A stretch of 64,000 bases of DNA from Penicillus capitatus (taxonomy: Eukaryota; Plantae; Chlorophyta), in contig OZ287698.1 in assembly GCA_965649825.1 (NCBI GenBank), positions 635,949 through 699,948 on the forward strand. The letters are read 5' to 3'. The translations under genes were made by a program, and so were the position numbers. The notes below the pieces were generated by a model, which saw nothing but the letters and a program-made list of their open reading frames with translations, made no database searches and was not told the origin of the DNA. Every line of letters starts with the position of its first letter. The first letter of the stretch is position 1. This document shows positions 11,800 to 25,465 of this stretch, in pieces.

Positions 11800-13850
11800 T
11801 AGAATTACATGCTAAGGTGAAGGTATCGATCAAAATTAAGCGACTTGAGCAGGGATCGAGACTAAGAATGAGAAGAATTGTCCTTGCTGGTCTAATTCCT
11901 CCTCGACTATTGGAGATCGATCCTATTGAGATGCAGCCGAGGTTATGATGTGACCGATCGCTTATCCTATAGGTGAAGATGAGCTTAAATGACTAGCCGA
12001 AACTCGCCTTAATAACCTTAGATTACTTAAAAGGACCTTTTTGCTGTAAGAAACATCCTTTTAAGAAGAAGTTTGTTGTGTTCGCGTGCTGTTTTTGCAA
12101 CTGTTCCCGAGCCTACATCTAACGCATCTGCACACAGTCTTCGCCCGAAAGAGACCGACCATATTGTCATTGCAACTCTTCATATGTGACTTACATAGGC
12201 TGTGGAATCAAATCGAAGCCTTTGGGAAGCCTTACAAAAGCACGAATAACACAGAAGGGAAGAAAAGCTCCGGATCGTAACAATCATCGACGACCGGTCG
12301 TTTTAATACAGCGCAGTCACATTAGTAGATGAAACACAACATGAATATAGAATATCACAACAACGGTGCGAACTCCTCATGGTGTGGAACCGTGATAAGC
12401 ACATTGGTGAGTAGGGATGGGAAAGATGACAGCCTGATGCGATAGACAAGACTGATGGGATGCTGCGATCGAAGGAATAAAATCAGACTCCGTGAATCAT
12501 TGGGTGTTAGAACGTTTTGGTTTTTTAAAAGATTCACTACGCAGCACCAATGGCCGATGCCAAACGCGCTCGACCGAATGACAACGGACTCTCTTAACTG
12601 ATCGTAGCAAAATATGTAGGAGCTTCTTTGTTTATGAATTGAAGTTTAAAAGCCGTTCGCCAAAAATACATTGGGCTTGTACAGGTAACGTTCGACAATC
12701 GTTGTGCCTGTGTCTCACAATGATTCTTTGCATGAAGGTGAGGGAGCTAAACTATTGATCGACTACTCAAGATGATCAATAGAATCGAATTTCATGAATG
12801 CTAAGAAATCGTCCAAGGTTAGTTTAACAGAAGTGCTGATGATGGTTAGATGAGTTTGAATCAACAAGGCGAAACCACCATAGCAACCATGCGACGCTAT
12901 CCGGTGTTGAGCAAACTTAAGCCGTGTTTTCTTTGATCGTTATGTGTTATCTAGGAATGGATATCGCGCGACACGCAGATATGCGCAGTGAATACGCAAA
13001 CACGTTTATGCAGAACCCTATCTATTCAAATGGTTTTCGTACCAGGTTCGAAATTTCGTCCGAATCTTTGTCGTTTCTCTCCGTAGAGTTTCTTAACTCT
13101 ACGTTTGATTTACTGATAACGTTACGCCGACGATATCAGGCTAGAAAAACCTCTAATCGACTAGAGCATCGCTAGAGTTCGAGGTTCTAAGTGCTCTTTG
13201 AGAAAGCAGAGTGAGTTCTTAGCGAAAGCAAACGAACACTTAAAGCCATTCGTTTTGAGCTCAAGTAAGTGTAACTTTGGTAAGTCTGTGGAATTGCAAA
13301 GAGAAATAGAATAGTACTATTCAGAGTATCTAAAACAATCGTTTCGGACTAACTGTCTAATGTCAAGAGGCTAACAAGCACTGACTTGCTCATACTTATT
13401 AGCCAATATTATCGGCGACGCGCGTCGTCGATTAGCAAACCTCGTTCACTCGTTCATTTGCGTGAGCGCCTTTCGCTTGACGTACACCGAATCGAAGAAA
13501 AGATTGTTTAAAGCGCAGTCTCCACCCATCACAATGCCTTCTTCACCCAAGTAACACAGATCTTTATTCTGAGACGAGATTAGAAGGATTGAGCATTTTT
13601 TTGCGAACGACATAATGGCTTTTTGGTTTAATCTGACGCGAATTCATTTCTTCAGTTCGTTAGCATTGCCAATGATCTCTCGAGAAAGTGAAGTCGTCAA
13701 GAACACCAGGCATTATGATGACAGTCGACCTCAACTGCACCAGTGAACGACACCTTGTGCCGGATCATACTGAAAGATTTCTCAAACACAGATCAATAAT
13801 GACTAACAATCGGCTCACAGCCCACAAACATAATCGAGTTGCTTAGGCAG
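11800..13850 (+). pseudogene. Possible decayed LRR/F-box-LRR-like coding sequence
   Basis: Short Leu-periodic fragments interrupted by stops (LFPSLHLTHL, LSNVKRL, RSLVHLRERLSLD); no intact ORF. Confidence 0.18.
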
Positions 13851-14193
13851 AAACCCTGATAGAGGAAGTGAGTGACAAATGACAAAACGCTTGCTCCGTG
13901 CCTCATCTGGGCTCGCATTCTGACTCGCAGAAGAAAAAATACGGGAAACAAAAAGCAAATCTTAATGACAATGATGAGACATCACATCTGCATGCATCCT
14001 TCAACAAGCTTGTGAGTTTATTCACGAAGCGATTGTCCTATCGGTGCTTTAATGCGACCGTAAGTGCCTCCTAGTACAACACAGAGAGTTTATTGCGTTT
14101 GACGTCATTCCTCAGTCAAATCATTTCCCTCCCACAGTGTACACACATAACAAAAAGTAAGCACCCACTCCAATGACAGCCACGAGAAAGAGG

Positions 14194-17100
14194 TTAATGA
14201 CACCCATAAAATGGGGTGCCGTGCATGTCCGAAGAGAAACGATTGCTTTTGGCATTTTTACTTTTGTTGGAGAAGTGCAGTCTGTTGCCGACGAAGGCAC
14301 CAAGAATTCTGGCCGCTTCGAGGACGATTTTCCAGTAATGGTACATCAAGGCATGGAGTTTCGTGAAAAGACGGGCTTTAATGACTTCTTCCAGCTCCAT
14401 GGCATTCACCTCAATGAGCTTCATATCGATAAACTCTTCCGTCGCAAACACCAGTTGCACCAATATGACGACAATGACAAAGCAAACAAACAGAATGGCA
14501 AGGGCACTCAAAGCAACACGACCGTTTGTATCCAACATTTCGTCGTTCATCATGAGTCCCGTCACAAAAACAACAATTGTGGCTGAGAGGGAGCATGTCT
14601 CGAGGCGATTGAGCTGTGGGATTTCTTGCGTAAAGGGCTGCAACACCAGATGAAAGGAAAGAGCGATAACGATCACCATAACGCACATCAGACCTTGGAG
14701 GTTTGATCGTAAGCTGTAGGAAAATACAGCAATGGCAGCGATCGATGCTTTGCGCAACAGAATGATCACTTCCCAGTAATATTTGTCGTAGGCTCTGTAA
14801 AGAAACCCATACGTCTGCACGAACTCTTCGTCGTTCAATATATCCTTGTTGCGACATAAAATGAAAAGAACTCCAGCTGGGAAGCCGAAAGATACTGCCA
14901 GGAGCAGTGGGGTGACAAGGACACCGACCAACAAGGCATGTCTTCCTTCAAAGCACTCCACTTCAGTGTCTTCTTCCCAAACGTGTCGGCTCCAATCCGA
15001 ATCCTCTCTGTCATCCGTGACCCACGTGCAGGAAAAGAAACGCAACAGGTTCTTTGTCATGCCCGTGTAGAATAAGTAGTTGATTGCCAGGAAGCTTAAC
15101 AGGACGCGCTGACTGAAGTAACTGAACGACATCAGAGTGATCGGGTGAGTGTCGATGTCAATGAGCTTACTGTTTATTCCTTCCCTGGATGAGCGTGTAG
15201 GATGCCCAGAAGATCACGTAGAGTATTATGACAAACAATGGATAGAGGATGGAGAAGGTCAATCTGCGAAGTGATTTCGGAGGGTCGTTGTGGGCCATAT
15301 AACAGTCAAGGGATAGATATCCTGTGCCAGATGAGAGGTTCCCAATGGCACCTGCCATTCAATAACTGTAAAGAATGTCTTTCTTTGTTTGACAGTTTAC
15401 CCATGGCGATGAGTGTATTTCTCAAAGAGTTTTCCCATTCGACGTTGATTGAGACAGCAACGGAGGTCACTTGGACAAAGTTGACAAGAATCTAACATGA
15501 ACCAGAGAAGCTTTAAGAGAAACGAGAATATGGAGAAGCTAATGCATACCTTGAGGATTTCCGAGACCGGATTCGCCAGCGTTAACGGCTCGATGTCTTC
15601 GCCGGAGGTGCCAGAGTTGAGGACCGATCGGAGTTTTCTCACGAGACGTCCCCTATTTCGGACGCCTTTTTCTTGTTTCGTCTTCACAGAAGGTTCTTCT
15701 GTTGTTGAAGACGGAGAAGGTTTCAGGCTGGCCAGTCTCTTTGCGTGGGATTCGTTCACCCTCCCTGTGGCGTTCGTCGGCTGATTTGTCTCTTCTTGGA
15801 TGTCATCTCTGTGTAATTCCGACTCTTCGCTCAAAGCCCAGTCCAAAGTCAAAAAGGACGGAGAAGAAGACGCGTCAATGATCTCGATGTATGCATCCAG
15901 TGCTCCTTTGGAAGACTTTTGTCGGATAGGGACAGACCGGATCGGTGTCATTTCGATTTGTTCGTTCTTCTTCAATGTTCTGGCTCGTTTGAATCTCTTG
16001 TTGAAGTCAATGCGGGTGGCTAGTTGCAAAACGGATCGAATGAAATACGAAAGGAACAATAATGACCAGAGAACAAGCATGGACAATATGAAGGCTCTCA
16101 ACGCAGGCGAGCCACATTTTCGACAAAGGCCGTATTCTCTCCCATAGTCATGTTCACAGCTACCGCAGAGAACACCTCGATAACCCTGCAGCAGAATCAA
16201 GGACACACATGAGAGAGATGTTTGGCAACGAAGGAGACCTTTCTGCATAACGTGTTGTTATGGTTGAAGTGATAGACTAGAAAGTTTCCTCGTTCGTGCT
16301 CCTGACGTGCAATTGCTCGAAGGCGATCTACTCGGGGCTGTCCGTCTTCGATAGACGACTTGCAAGCTTCATGTCCGATGCATGATCGGGTATCAAAGGA
16401 AAACGAAGTCGGATGCCAGTATCCATCGAGCGGTATGATCGTATGGCCATCACAGACGGTGTGATGCTTTGCTTCCTCACAAGAACGACATGTTGTCTGT
16501 TGAGGGAATGGTTGAAATTCACCCTGCGCACACTTCTGGCATTCCGAATGCTTGCCTTCTGGACTGACAGTCTTCTCTCCAATTTTGCATGGTCGCATGG
16601 TCACGTGAATGAAAGATGGATACACATTCAGCGTCTGCAGCTCAGATGTTGATTGATACTCAACACGCAGCGTATATGTGTTATCCACGAGACCTCTCAG
16701 TCTGACAGCAGTGAAGTGCATTTTTCCGGTTCGATTGACTTGAGCTGTTTCTTGTCCAGAGATTTCCAGATCTGAACAATTGGATCTTGCTTCGTCGGTC
16801 TGTTCTTCATCGCATCGGATGTATGCCGTGAGGCGGTCTGCAAAGGTAACCCGTTCATCGAGCCCATCTTTGAACTCTACATCGAACTGCAGTCGGTCAC
16901 CACTGAGGAAGGCCTTGTTAGTGAATCGCTCTTGGGGATATTGATCTTTGGCATCCAGATTTATCAGAAACGCCCTAAAGGGCGTCGAGGCAACACGAGC
17001 TCCATATCCATGATGGGTGAGGCTGTTCTTGTCGAACTTTACGTTGAACTTATCAAGGCGTTCCTCTTCATACTGCAGGATATAATCAATCGTATCATTT

Positions 17101-20100
17101 TCATACACCCTTCCTTCCATGTCCCATGGAATCTTGATCATCGTCAGGTTGTTGGTGAAGATGGCTCCTCCCGCTCTTGCTTTGTTTTCTGTGAAGGTTG
17201 TGTTTCGTAAGCGAACGGAGCGGGAGTTGATGAGATCCACATAACGCCAATAGGACGGACAAGTCAACTGGTTTTCTGATGTGGAAAACTCGTTTTGCCC
17301 TTCAGGATTGCAACCTTTGATCTTCAGTTCGTTGTCCATGTTAAAAAAGCTGCCAGGATCGCCGTCATGTACATGCAATGCACCTATGGCACCAAGGGTA
17401 GTCGATACGAGTCACAACTGAGAAGAAATCTGACCTCCTGCTAGAGAACCATCGTTCTTTTCGAATTGGCATTCATCGCACTGAAAAATAATGCTTCGAT
17501 GGTTCTTGTAATTGAGAATTGGGATATCTCTGCCTTTGGATACTTTTACAGCTACGGCACCTCCGACTCCCTCGTCTGAGGCGGCATTACGAGTAAAGTT
17601 AAGGCTCTTTCCTTCGAGGGCACCATTCAATACGTACACAGCACCACCGACGTCCGCTCTGTTCAGTACGAACTGCGAGCTTTTGCAATCGATTGACGAG
17701 CCAGTTTGAACATGCAAGGCGCCTCCATAGCCTAGAAATGGAGTCATTTGGCTTGCAGATTGCGCTATGGCTTCATTGGATTCAAATCTGCTACCCCGGA
17801 TCTTGACTCCGACACTGATCATAGATAACGCTCCTCCGCCATGTCGTGCCCTGTCAACATCATCCTCTTAGAAGATACAGCAGCAATTCCCGAGAAAACT
17901 TACGTGTTAGTTTTGAAAGTGCAGTTATCGATCAACAGGCGGAAAACGCCGGCATTGAGGGAGTCAGAGTTGGAATCTGCCCGAGTACTGGAGACAAAGA
18001 TGGCTCCGCCTTCGATTTCTACGATATTCTTCTGGAAAACAGCTTTGGAGATCCGATATTCGTCCTGCTGGGTGGGACTGATTTGTTCATCGACCGTGAG
18101 GAAGATGCCAGCACCGAACATTGCATTGTTGTCCTCAAACCTGCATCATCACCTTTTAGCACCGTTGCACCATCGGTATGTATCCTCACGTGTTCGGCTC
18201 GATGATAAAATCGGCAACCGTGTAGATGTTTAAAGCCCCACCATTGGATGCGTTGTTTCCTTTGAAGTGGTTATCTCTGAGTTCGAGTATGATTCCACTG
18301 CCTTCGGCAAAAATCCCCCCTCCTCGCGTCTCGGTCCCGTACAGTCTGTCTTCGAACAGATTGGTGCCAGCTCCATTGCTAATGACGGCGTTATGCGTCA
18401 TTCGAAATCGGGCGCGATCATCACCCAGTTTTCCATAGTTTCTCACTTTTATGGCGCCCCCCTCTACTAAGGCTCTGTTTCTGTTAAAGTGGTTGTCCTT
18501 AAGCTCAATGTCAATGTCACCCTGTAGGTGTAGGGCCCCTCCTTCATCTGCTGAATTGTCATCAAATCTAGTGTGATCGATGTCAAAGAAGGCATCGTTC
18601 TAATACACGAAATCCTGAAGTGGGCGTATAAGAGATGGTTTGTTTACCTCTGCGTATATGGCACCACCCTTGTTTGCTTTGTTTCGTTCGAAAGATGATT
18701 TCTTGATGGTGACAATGGGTCCACGGAATACGTAAACAGCGCCACCAGCTCCTTTTCCGCCGTCATTGTCCTGAAAGCTGCATTCACGGATCATTAAGTT
18801 TGATCCAAAGCCAGCAACACCAATGGTCCCTCCGCCACGTTCACTGTATAACGCACGGTTGAACAGGAAAGTTGTATCGACCACAGTAGTGTTAATCGCC
18901 GTCACCCAGGTATGCTGCAATGACTAAATCCCAATACCAATCAATCGCAAAGAGTTTTCATGACAAGAAGCTACCAGCATAAACAAAGCAGCACCTCCAC
19001 CGTTCAGAGCTTCGTTTGCGACAAATGAAGCGCCACTGATATCCACTGTCGCTTGATGGGATATGTACATCCCTCCTCCGTCGAATTCTGCGGTGTTGAG
19101 GGCGAAGACAACTGAATCCGTTATCGAACATCTCACGCCGCTGCCGTTAATGCGAATCCCTCCGCCAGAACTGGTATACCCATTGGCTTGATTTCGCACA
19201 AAGAGACTGACAGAAACGTCTATCTTCATCCCTTCCCTTCTCGAATCCTGCAATCAAGGAAGATCATCGATATGATGGAAGATAAGAAGAGCGATCTACT
19301 TCGGCAAATATTGCACCACCGCCGAATTCGTTTGCTTCGTTGTCGACAAAAAGAGCATTCTTAATCGTCATCTTGTTTGCACGAGATATGAAGACAGCCC
19401 CTCCTTTTCGCGTGGCAACATTTCCCTGGAAAAGTGTATCTTCTTTGATAGCCAAAGTGGTGGTGTCAGCGCCAGAAACGTAAAAGACTCCCCCGTCGCC
19501 AGCAGCTTTGTTTTGGACGAATCTCGTTTCACCCTTTACAGTTATCGTCCTCATTGACGAATCGGTGTTCTGCAATCACAAAAGGCCGATTGATTCAATG
19601 TACGTGCTATGCATGCTATCACTTGGATAAGAAAGACGCCTCCTCCTGTCTCCGAATTCGTTGCGGCGTTGCTGACAAACTCCGAGCCCGAGACAACAAG
19701 ATTGTCGGCATTAGAAAGGACCGCCGTACCCAATAATCCACTGTTTTTCCGAAATTCAGAATCTTGAATGGTGAGGCTGGATTTGGCCAGGACACTGACA
19801 GCGCTTGGTCCATTTACATTGGTATTGCGAAGGAACTGTACAGATCTTAGAGCGACTTCTGCATTCGGTCCAACGATGATTGGCGCACCAGAGTCGTTCA
19901 ACGTACAGTTTTTGATGACAACACTCGAGATCGTCACCGCCGCATCCCTTCATCCACACGTAATGTCAGTTTTGAGCACGGCGAAGAACGTCGACCGTAT
20001 GGCGAAAATCGGTTTCTCGTTGCAGATAAAGGCTGTTCTATCCTCAGCAGCCGCCGATGAGATCGAAATATTCTTGTCGATGCGGATTGTCTCAGCGACC

Positions 20101-20363
20101 GAAAAGTTCGTTACTGTGAAGTGAATGGTAGCGTCATCGCTTAGACAATCCACGACATCTTGAACGGATACCTCCAACGCGTCAATCTCCTTTACTGTCT
20201 CCGCGCTAACGGTCAACGCATTCTCCTGAATGAACGTGTCGCAGTATCCTGGAATAGGACAGTGTGGCTAACTGAACCCTGTCGCAGACATACCTTGGCC
20301 GAATGCTCGGTGTGCAAAGTTAATGGCGATAAGTAGCAGCCACAGTAGAGTATACTGCTTCAT
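14194..20363 (-). CDS. Large surface protein: signal peptide, Pmp-like GGA(I/V)/FxxN beta-helix repeats, Cys-rich segment and C-terminal multi-pass membrane domain (spliced)
   Basis: N-terminus MKQYTLLWLLLIAINFAHRAFG; about 17 FxxN...GGAx repeats over many exons; CQKCAQGEFQ...C..C Cys-rich repeat; about 8-9 hydrophobic helices including GFLYRAY..YYWEVIILLRK and LQPF...LNRLE. Confidence 0.85.
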
Positions 20364-21032
20364 GAGAACCGGCGACGAAACACTACTGAGGAAGAAAGGT
20401 AATCTTCAAACCTGAGAAGAGATTTCAAACGTGAAGGCTCGCCAAGCGACCTTTACGGCAGACGACGGCCCGCGTGAGGAAAAGACCTTAAAATAGTCGG
20501 CAAAGGAAGTCGGACACGTTAAAGCTCTAGCAGTGTCCGATGTGCATGGCACGATTGTAGCGCAAGAGATTCATCGCAGTTTGCGAATGGCTGTTCGTAA
20601 TTTATATTCATTCCACCTTCTGAGCCGATTCTTTGATCAATTGTTTCGCCGTCGGTGGGAAGCTTCATCGCTCATAGAAGGAGAACAGAGACCAGGAACC
20701 TGCTCTTCTTCTCTCAATGTCTACGGAACTTTGACGAGTCCCACTTTATGGTGCTGAAAGACTTAAAAGGAGGTGGGATGTTATGCAGCATTCAATATCT
20801 TTGTATCCTCACGGTGAGCCAAGAGATAGGCAGTGAACGAGACGAGGACAATGGGACCTCCAATCTAGAAAATGAGGTGGAAGCGGACCGTGATTACCTG
20901 TTGTTGCGTTGGTCTGAGATGACGCTGATTGGGGAGACGTGACGTAAAGACGCGACTTTGGCTGTACGTCGTTTGTTTTCTTGCCTTTCAAAGCCACACG
21001 TTCAGCACAGCTGTTACTACAGAGCAGACAAC

Positions 21033-21627
21033 ATGTCGACCCTTTTGAAGTATTTCCTGCGACGCGACTCTTCCGACCTCTCCAAGAGTCCGAGCTTCAA
21101 CGACTTCAGTCTCAGCGTCGGTCAAGACGGTATGACTTCCGCTGCGATAGCGTCTGTCACTGTCTGGATCTTTAGTCGAAGAAGAACTCCGCCGGACCAG
21201 CACGGACTCCAGCGTCGACGAGGCTCACATCGAATCTCGCCGAAGCACGTCGAGCGCGGGCTCCTACAAAGGTAATGCCCATTTCGACGCGCACGTCTTC
21301 ACCCTTTGTCCAGGGACGCGCCTCGACGTGTGGCAGTCCGTCTTCAACCCAGGCCGAAATTACAACACGGAGAAAGGCCGTTCTTACTTTGACTACGTCG
21401 ACGACCCGAAGGCTCATCCGACCACCTGGGAGTACATCCTCAAGTCGGAGAATGTGAGGAAGGTCGCTGAATTTGACGTCAACAACGATGGATTTGTCAC
21501 GGCTGAGGAAGTGCGTTCTGCTCTGGGAACATCGACCACGATCGAGGATCTCATTCGCAAGACCGATAAGCATGGAGATGGTCGTGTGGCGTACAAAGAG
21601 TTCTTCGATTTGATCCGCGAGAACTAG
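21033..21627 (+). CDS. Small protein with a dormancy/auxin-repressed (DRM1/ARP)-like motif fused to an EF-hand pair (3 exons)
   Basis: Spliced reading ends with VWQSVFNPGRN...YFD...PTTWEY (DRM1/ARP-like), then EF loops DVNNDGFVTAEE and DKHGDGRVAYKE. Confidence 0.8.
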
Positions 21628-22009
21628 ATGTCTCACTCTCTTTCTATTTTGCCGACACAGTTGATAACGTGCCCCTTTCTGTATTGTGAACCTTTTTGAG
21701 ATGCTGAGCGACGCTCGGCGGTCTGTAGAGTCTGGCAATGAATGAGGCCGTTCGATGTGTTTGTTTGTGCACGTCGTGTGTGTATTGCAGAACAAACATT
21801 TACCTGTTAAGATCTTATCTGTTTGTGCAGCGCGTTTCATGAAATTATTACAGGTCAACAGGGGAACAATAATGATGAAATATGAGAAATCTCTAGTCAC
21901 ATCCAACATCATCTTTTCATCAGTAGTCTGATACAACAGAAAGCCTTAGAAGAATTCAGTCACGCTAATTAACAACAAGGAATTGAACGGAAGACTTTGG
22001 AGCCACATT

Positions 22010-22300
22010 CAGAATCCATGGACTTTGATATCTGTTTTGTTGGCTAGGCGCTTATCGACCAAGAATTGGAGAACACTCTTTCGTTGATCGCCTTGCAGCT
22101 GCAAAATCTGACCGAGTTGAGGATCCACCACGACTGTACCGTTACAACAAAATTCTACACAGCAAGCATCTTATGCACTGCCTTCTTTGCAGCTTCCTTA
22201 CCTTTCTTGAAACCTTTCAAGATGCGTCGCTTATCGTACTTTTCGTCCAAGCCCTTTGCACTACGACTCAGAGAACAGCTGCAGCAAAGCGCCTACCAAC
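22010..22300 (+). pseudogene. LRR-like fragment
   Basis: Reads MDFDICFVG*...LSLIALQLQNLTELRI with an in-frame stop after the only ATG; no complete gene. Confidence 0.2.
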
Positions 22301-23128
22301 CTGTACAGTCGTCAACGATTTTCGTCCGTTGCGTTGTTGGACGCGTATGTGAATCGCGTGCGTTGAATCGACGGAATGGTCGTCGTCCTGTTCTAACTCC
22401 GAGAGTGGCGCATCTGTTCATCACTCGCATCGACCGGGCCAAAAAGTGAAGGTCGCTTACGCGTCTTTTTGATGTCGAGACTGTCCACCATAACCTTTGG
22501 CGACGAGAAACTGAAGACAATGTTTTTCGAATCTGGGTAACGATGAGTTCGTTAACACAGCAGGAAACAAATCAAGTTGTTTTTTGCACCGGACGACGAA
22601 AGAGAAACGATAGATAGGGAGCAAACGCCGCGGGGACCGGCTTTCTGTACGTCACGTCGTCGACGTGATGTGATGTAGGTATCCAAGCGGCTGTAAGACC
22701 TCGACAGGAACGTGCTGTTTGAAGCGACAGAAGGACGTTCTAGGGAAGCGTTACGAAGTAAAGAGTGATCACAGAAGCCTGCATGCTACGCACCTCAATC
22801 TTGTTTCTTAAAAGACGAGCTGAAAGGACAAGGATGGCACCATTTCCTGTATCGTTACTACACAAGGAGTACGCTTATATTATACGCTTTTAATCACGGT
22901 GACCGCTTTTATGCTAACCTCTAACCTATCTTCTGCACAAGTTGAAGATTCATCGTTCTAAGGGATTCGCAGTTGTATGACTCCAAATGTGATTGTTTCA
23001 GGGAAACTCCTTAAAGATATTTGCGGGTTGTAGTATGGAAATCTTGCGAGACCGTCTATCGTTGTTAATTCGTTCCTGTGTCATTATCTCGACGTGTGAC
23101 ATCTCATTCTTACGCATCATATTTCTTC

Positions 23129-23601
23129 CTAATGGGACGTGATGCAAATTCTTTCTGGCCGCATTTTGTTGTCTGACTTCAGCTTACTCCGTCTTCTTCT
23201 GGTTACGGGCAATCCGTAGCGGAAAACGGTTCTCTGACGTCGAAGAAGGTGGCCAGCGGTCAGAACGAAGGTGTACAGGGATGTTTGTACGTGCGGGTGG
23301 AGATGACTAACGACGAAACTGAGTCGAGGCGAGAAAGGTGATATTGAACTAAAGTCGTCAAACGAAATCAGTGAAGAGAGATCCCCTCGAGGATGAGACA
23401 AGTCCTTACTCCTGCCATGGGAGAGAAAATATAGCAGTCATCTAAGTACAAAGGCAGTCGGAAGTTATTCCCGTTCAGACCACCCGCCCTTACGTCGGTC
23501 TGGTTTGAAGAGTGTTTTCGGGTGGTTTTTACACAATTAGCTGTCCGAACTTCTTGGGGGTTTTTTTCTATTTTCCCTGACAGGGCATGGCACATGTTCA
23601 T
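23129..23601 (-). pseudogene. LRR-like fragment
   Basis: LYLDDC...GVRTCLILEGISLH*FRLTTL..LSRLDSVSSLVI; LRR-like periodicity with a stop codon. Confidence 0.2.
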
Positions 23602-25465
23602 TCAAACGCCATGTAAATGAGGAATTATATGTATCTCATTTTACAGCATGAAGAGGCTTCATTCAACAAACTTATCTGCTGATCGTTCCTGTGCCTATGC
23701 TATGTTGCTTCTGTTAGCAATTCTTTTTGATTCTAGCCATTGAGGATTGCTTTGTGTCTCTACCTTCCTTTTACTCTGTTATCACACAAATTGGATTCAT
23801 ATCTCTCACTTTCAATATCAAAAGCCTTACTGGTTTCTATAGACAATGGAAAAATAGCGATGGACTATAAAGGCTTTATGTGTACGGATTAATCGCAATT
23901 TCTTCTTGACTCCTCTGAAGATTAAAGGCGGAGTTTTTTTTCTTTGCAAATCATTTCAATCTGCACAATTGTTACAAATTAGGAGACAGACATGGCCGTA
24001 ACATGCTAGCTTTAGAAGACACCGCCATTCCTTCTACAACAGAGAACTACTGCATCCAAGACCGCTTCAGGGTATGACCTTAGAAAGCAAACTATGGTAT
24101 GGACGCAATGCCTGCGTAATCGAATCAGATCGAACTGACTTCATGATCATGATGACGATTATTTTTCATCCTGCTTCCCGTTGTGCTACCGCATCTCTTT
24201 TTCCGCTGCGTGTATAGACGTTGTTTTTTAGACGATGTTTGGCGTTCGACACTATGTGTAATTAGAATTTTCCCCTGTCAGCAAAGGTCCAACCAGTATT
24301 CGCTTAAACGCGGCGTACGGCGAATCTTTGTGAAGGTAAGGTCCAAGAAACTTTCTTTCTGTTGTAGAACACGGCAACAGCTTCAGTACTATTTGTAGGA
24401 CGACAAAGGTTACGGAAAACAGAAAATCCTTTAGCAACTCATTGCCTGCCACATGGTGGAAAATCCCAAAGTCCCCAATGCCTCAAGGCAAATCTCTTAT
24501 TCATTCAATCTTCGATGGTAGTAATATGTGCTCTTAAGGTGACTTAACCAATGAAATCCGCCGCGCGGCCATGAAGAAGACGCATTTGAACAACCGTTGC
24601 GTTCCCGCTAATAACACAAGAAAACAATTTCGGCAAGGCAACTTGAAAGGTATCCAACGTAGTTGTTTATCGCGAGCGATTATTAGACTTACTGGTATGA
24701 TCAAGAGAAAGCTCTAAACCCTTTAAATCATCTTGACGCGACGCACTGCGACGCGGCTTTGCGGGATGCTCGATGCATCAACAAAGACATGGAACCACTC
24801 TTAACGACGAAACAGAAAGCCGCGGCCCTGCGTCTATTCTTTGTGATTCTAGGTGAGTAATTGTTGTTACGTCGTTTTTGTGACGCCACCTTTGGAAGTG
24901 ATCAACTTTTTAAGAAGCCCGTTGCTTGTCAAGAGTGTTACTGCCCTATCCATCATCTGTCTCCCTTCGTAGGACGACAGATAACAACCATTATAAGACT
25001 ACTTATTATGCGTTAGTGAAACTCGACAGTACAAACGAAAAAGCCTGAACTTTGTTGTTTCAAGATAAAAGTACGAATGCATGTGTGACTTGACTTGAAA
25101 CTTTTGCCTACGACAATTATCTTTACTAGTCTGTTACAGAATCCGTTTTCGACACCGTTAAATCGCGCTCAACGACGATTCGTTTCCTCCGTCGCGTTCA
25201 ATTTTGGCAAAGAAATTGTCAAAACGGCGATGATGGATGATGTACGACTGGCAGCTGCTATGCCAAGTCCGCACTTAAGTTGATTCATTTAAGAATCTTT
25301 GTCGTTCACGAGAACCTTCGAAGAGACACAAGTTACCTGTCCCAAGAGCTTTGTCCCTTATATTTCTGTTAGTACCTTCCTCGGCTCTGGAACACTGTTT
25401 CACTCTCTAAAATAGAAGCTGGTCTGCCTCAAGACAACAGGTGCTCAGAATTTTTTTGCTCGAGT

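Noticed and set aside
14173-17210. Plus-strand ORFs overlapping the Pmp-like gene
   Set aside because: Antisense shadows of a well-supported minus-strand gene.
20533-20997. Short ORFs between the Pmp-like and EF-hand genes
   Set aside because: Non-ATG starts and no motif support; likely promoter or intergenic DNA.
24780-25283. Possible small spliced gene starting MEPLLTTKQ
   Set aside because: Could not build an open spliced frame beyond the first putative exon.
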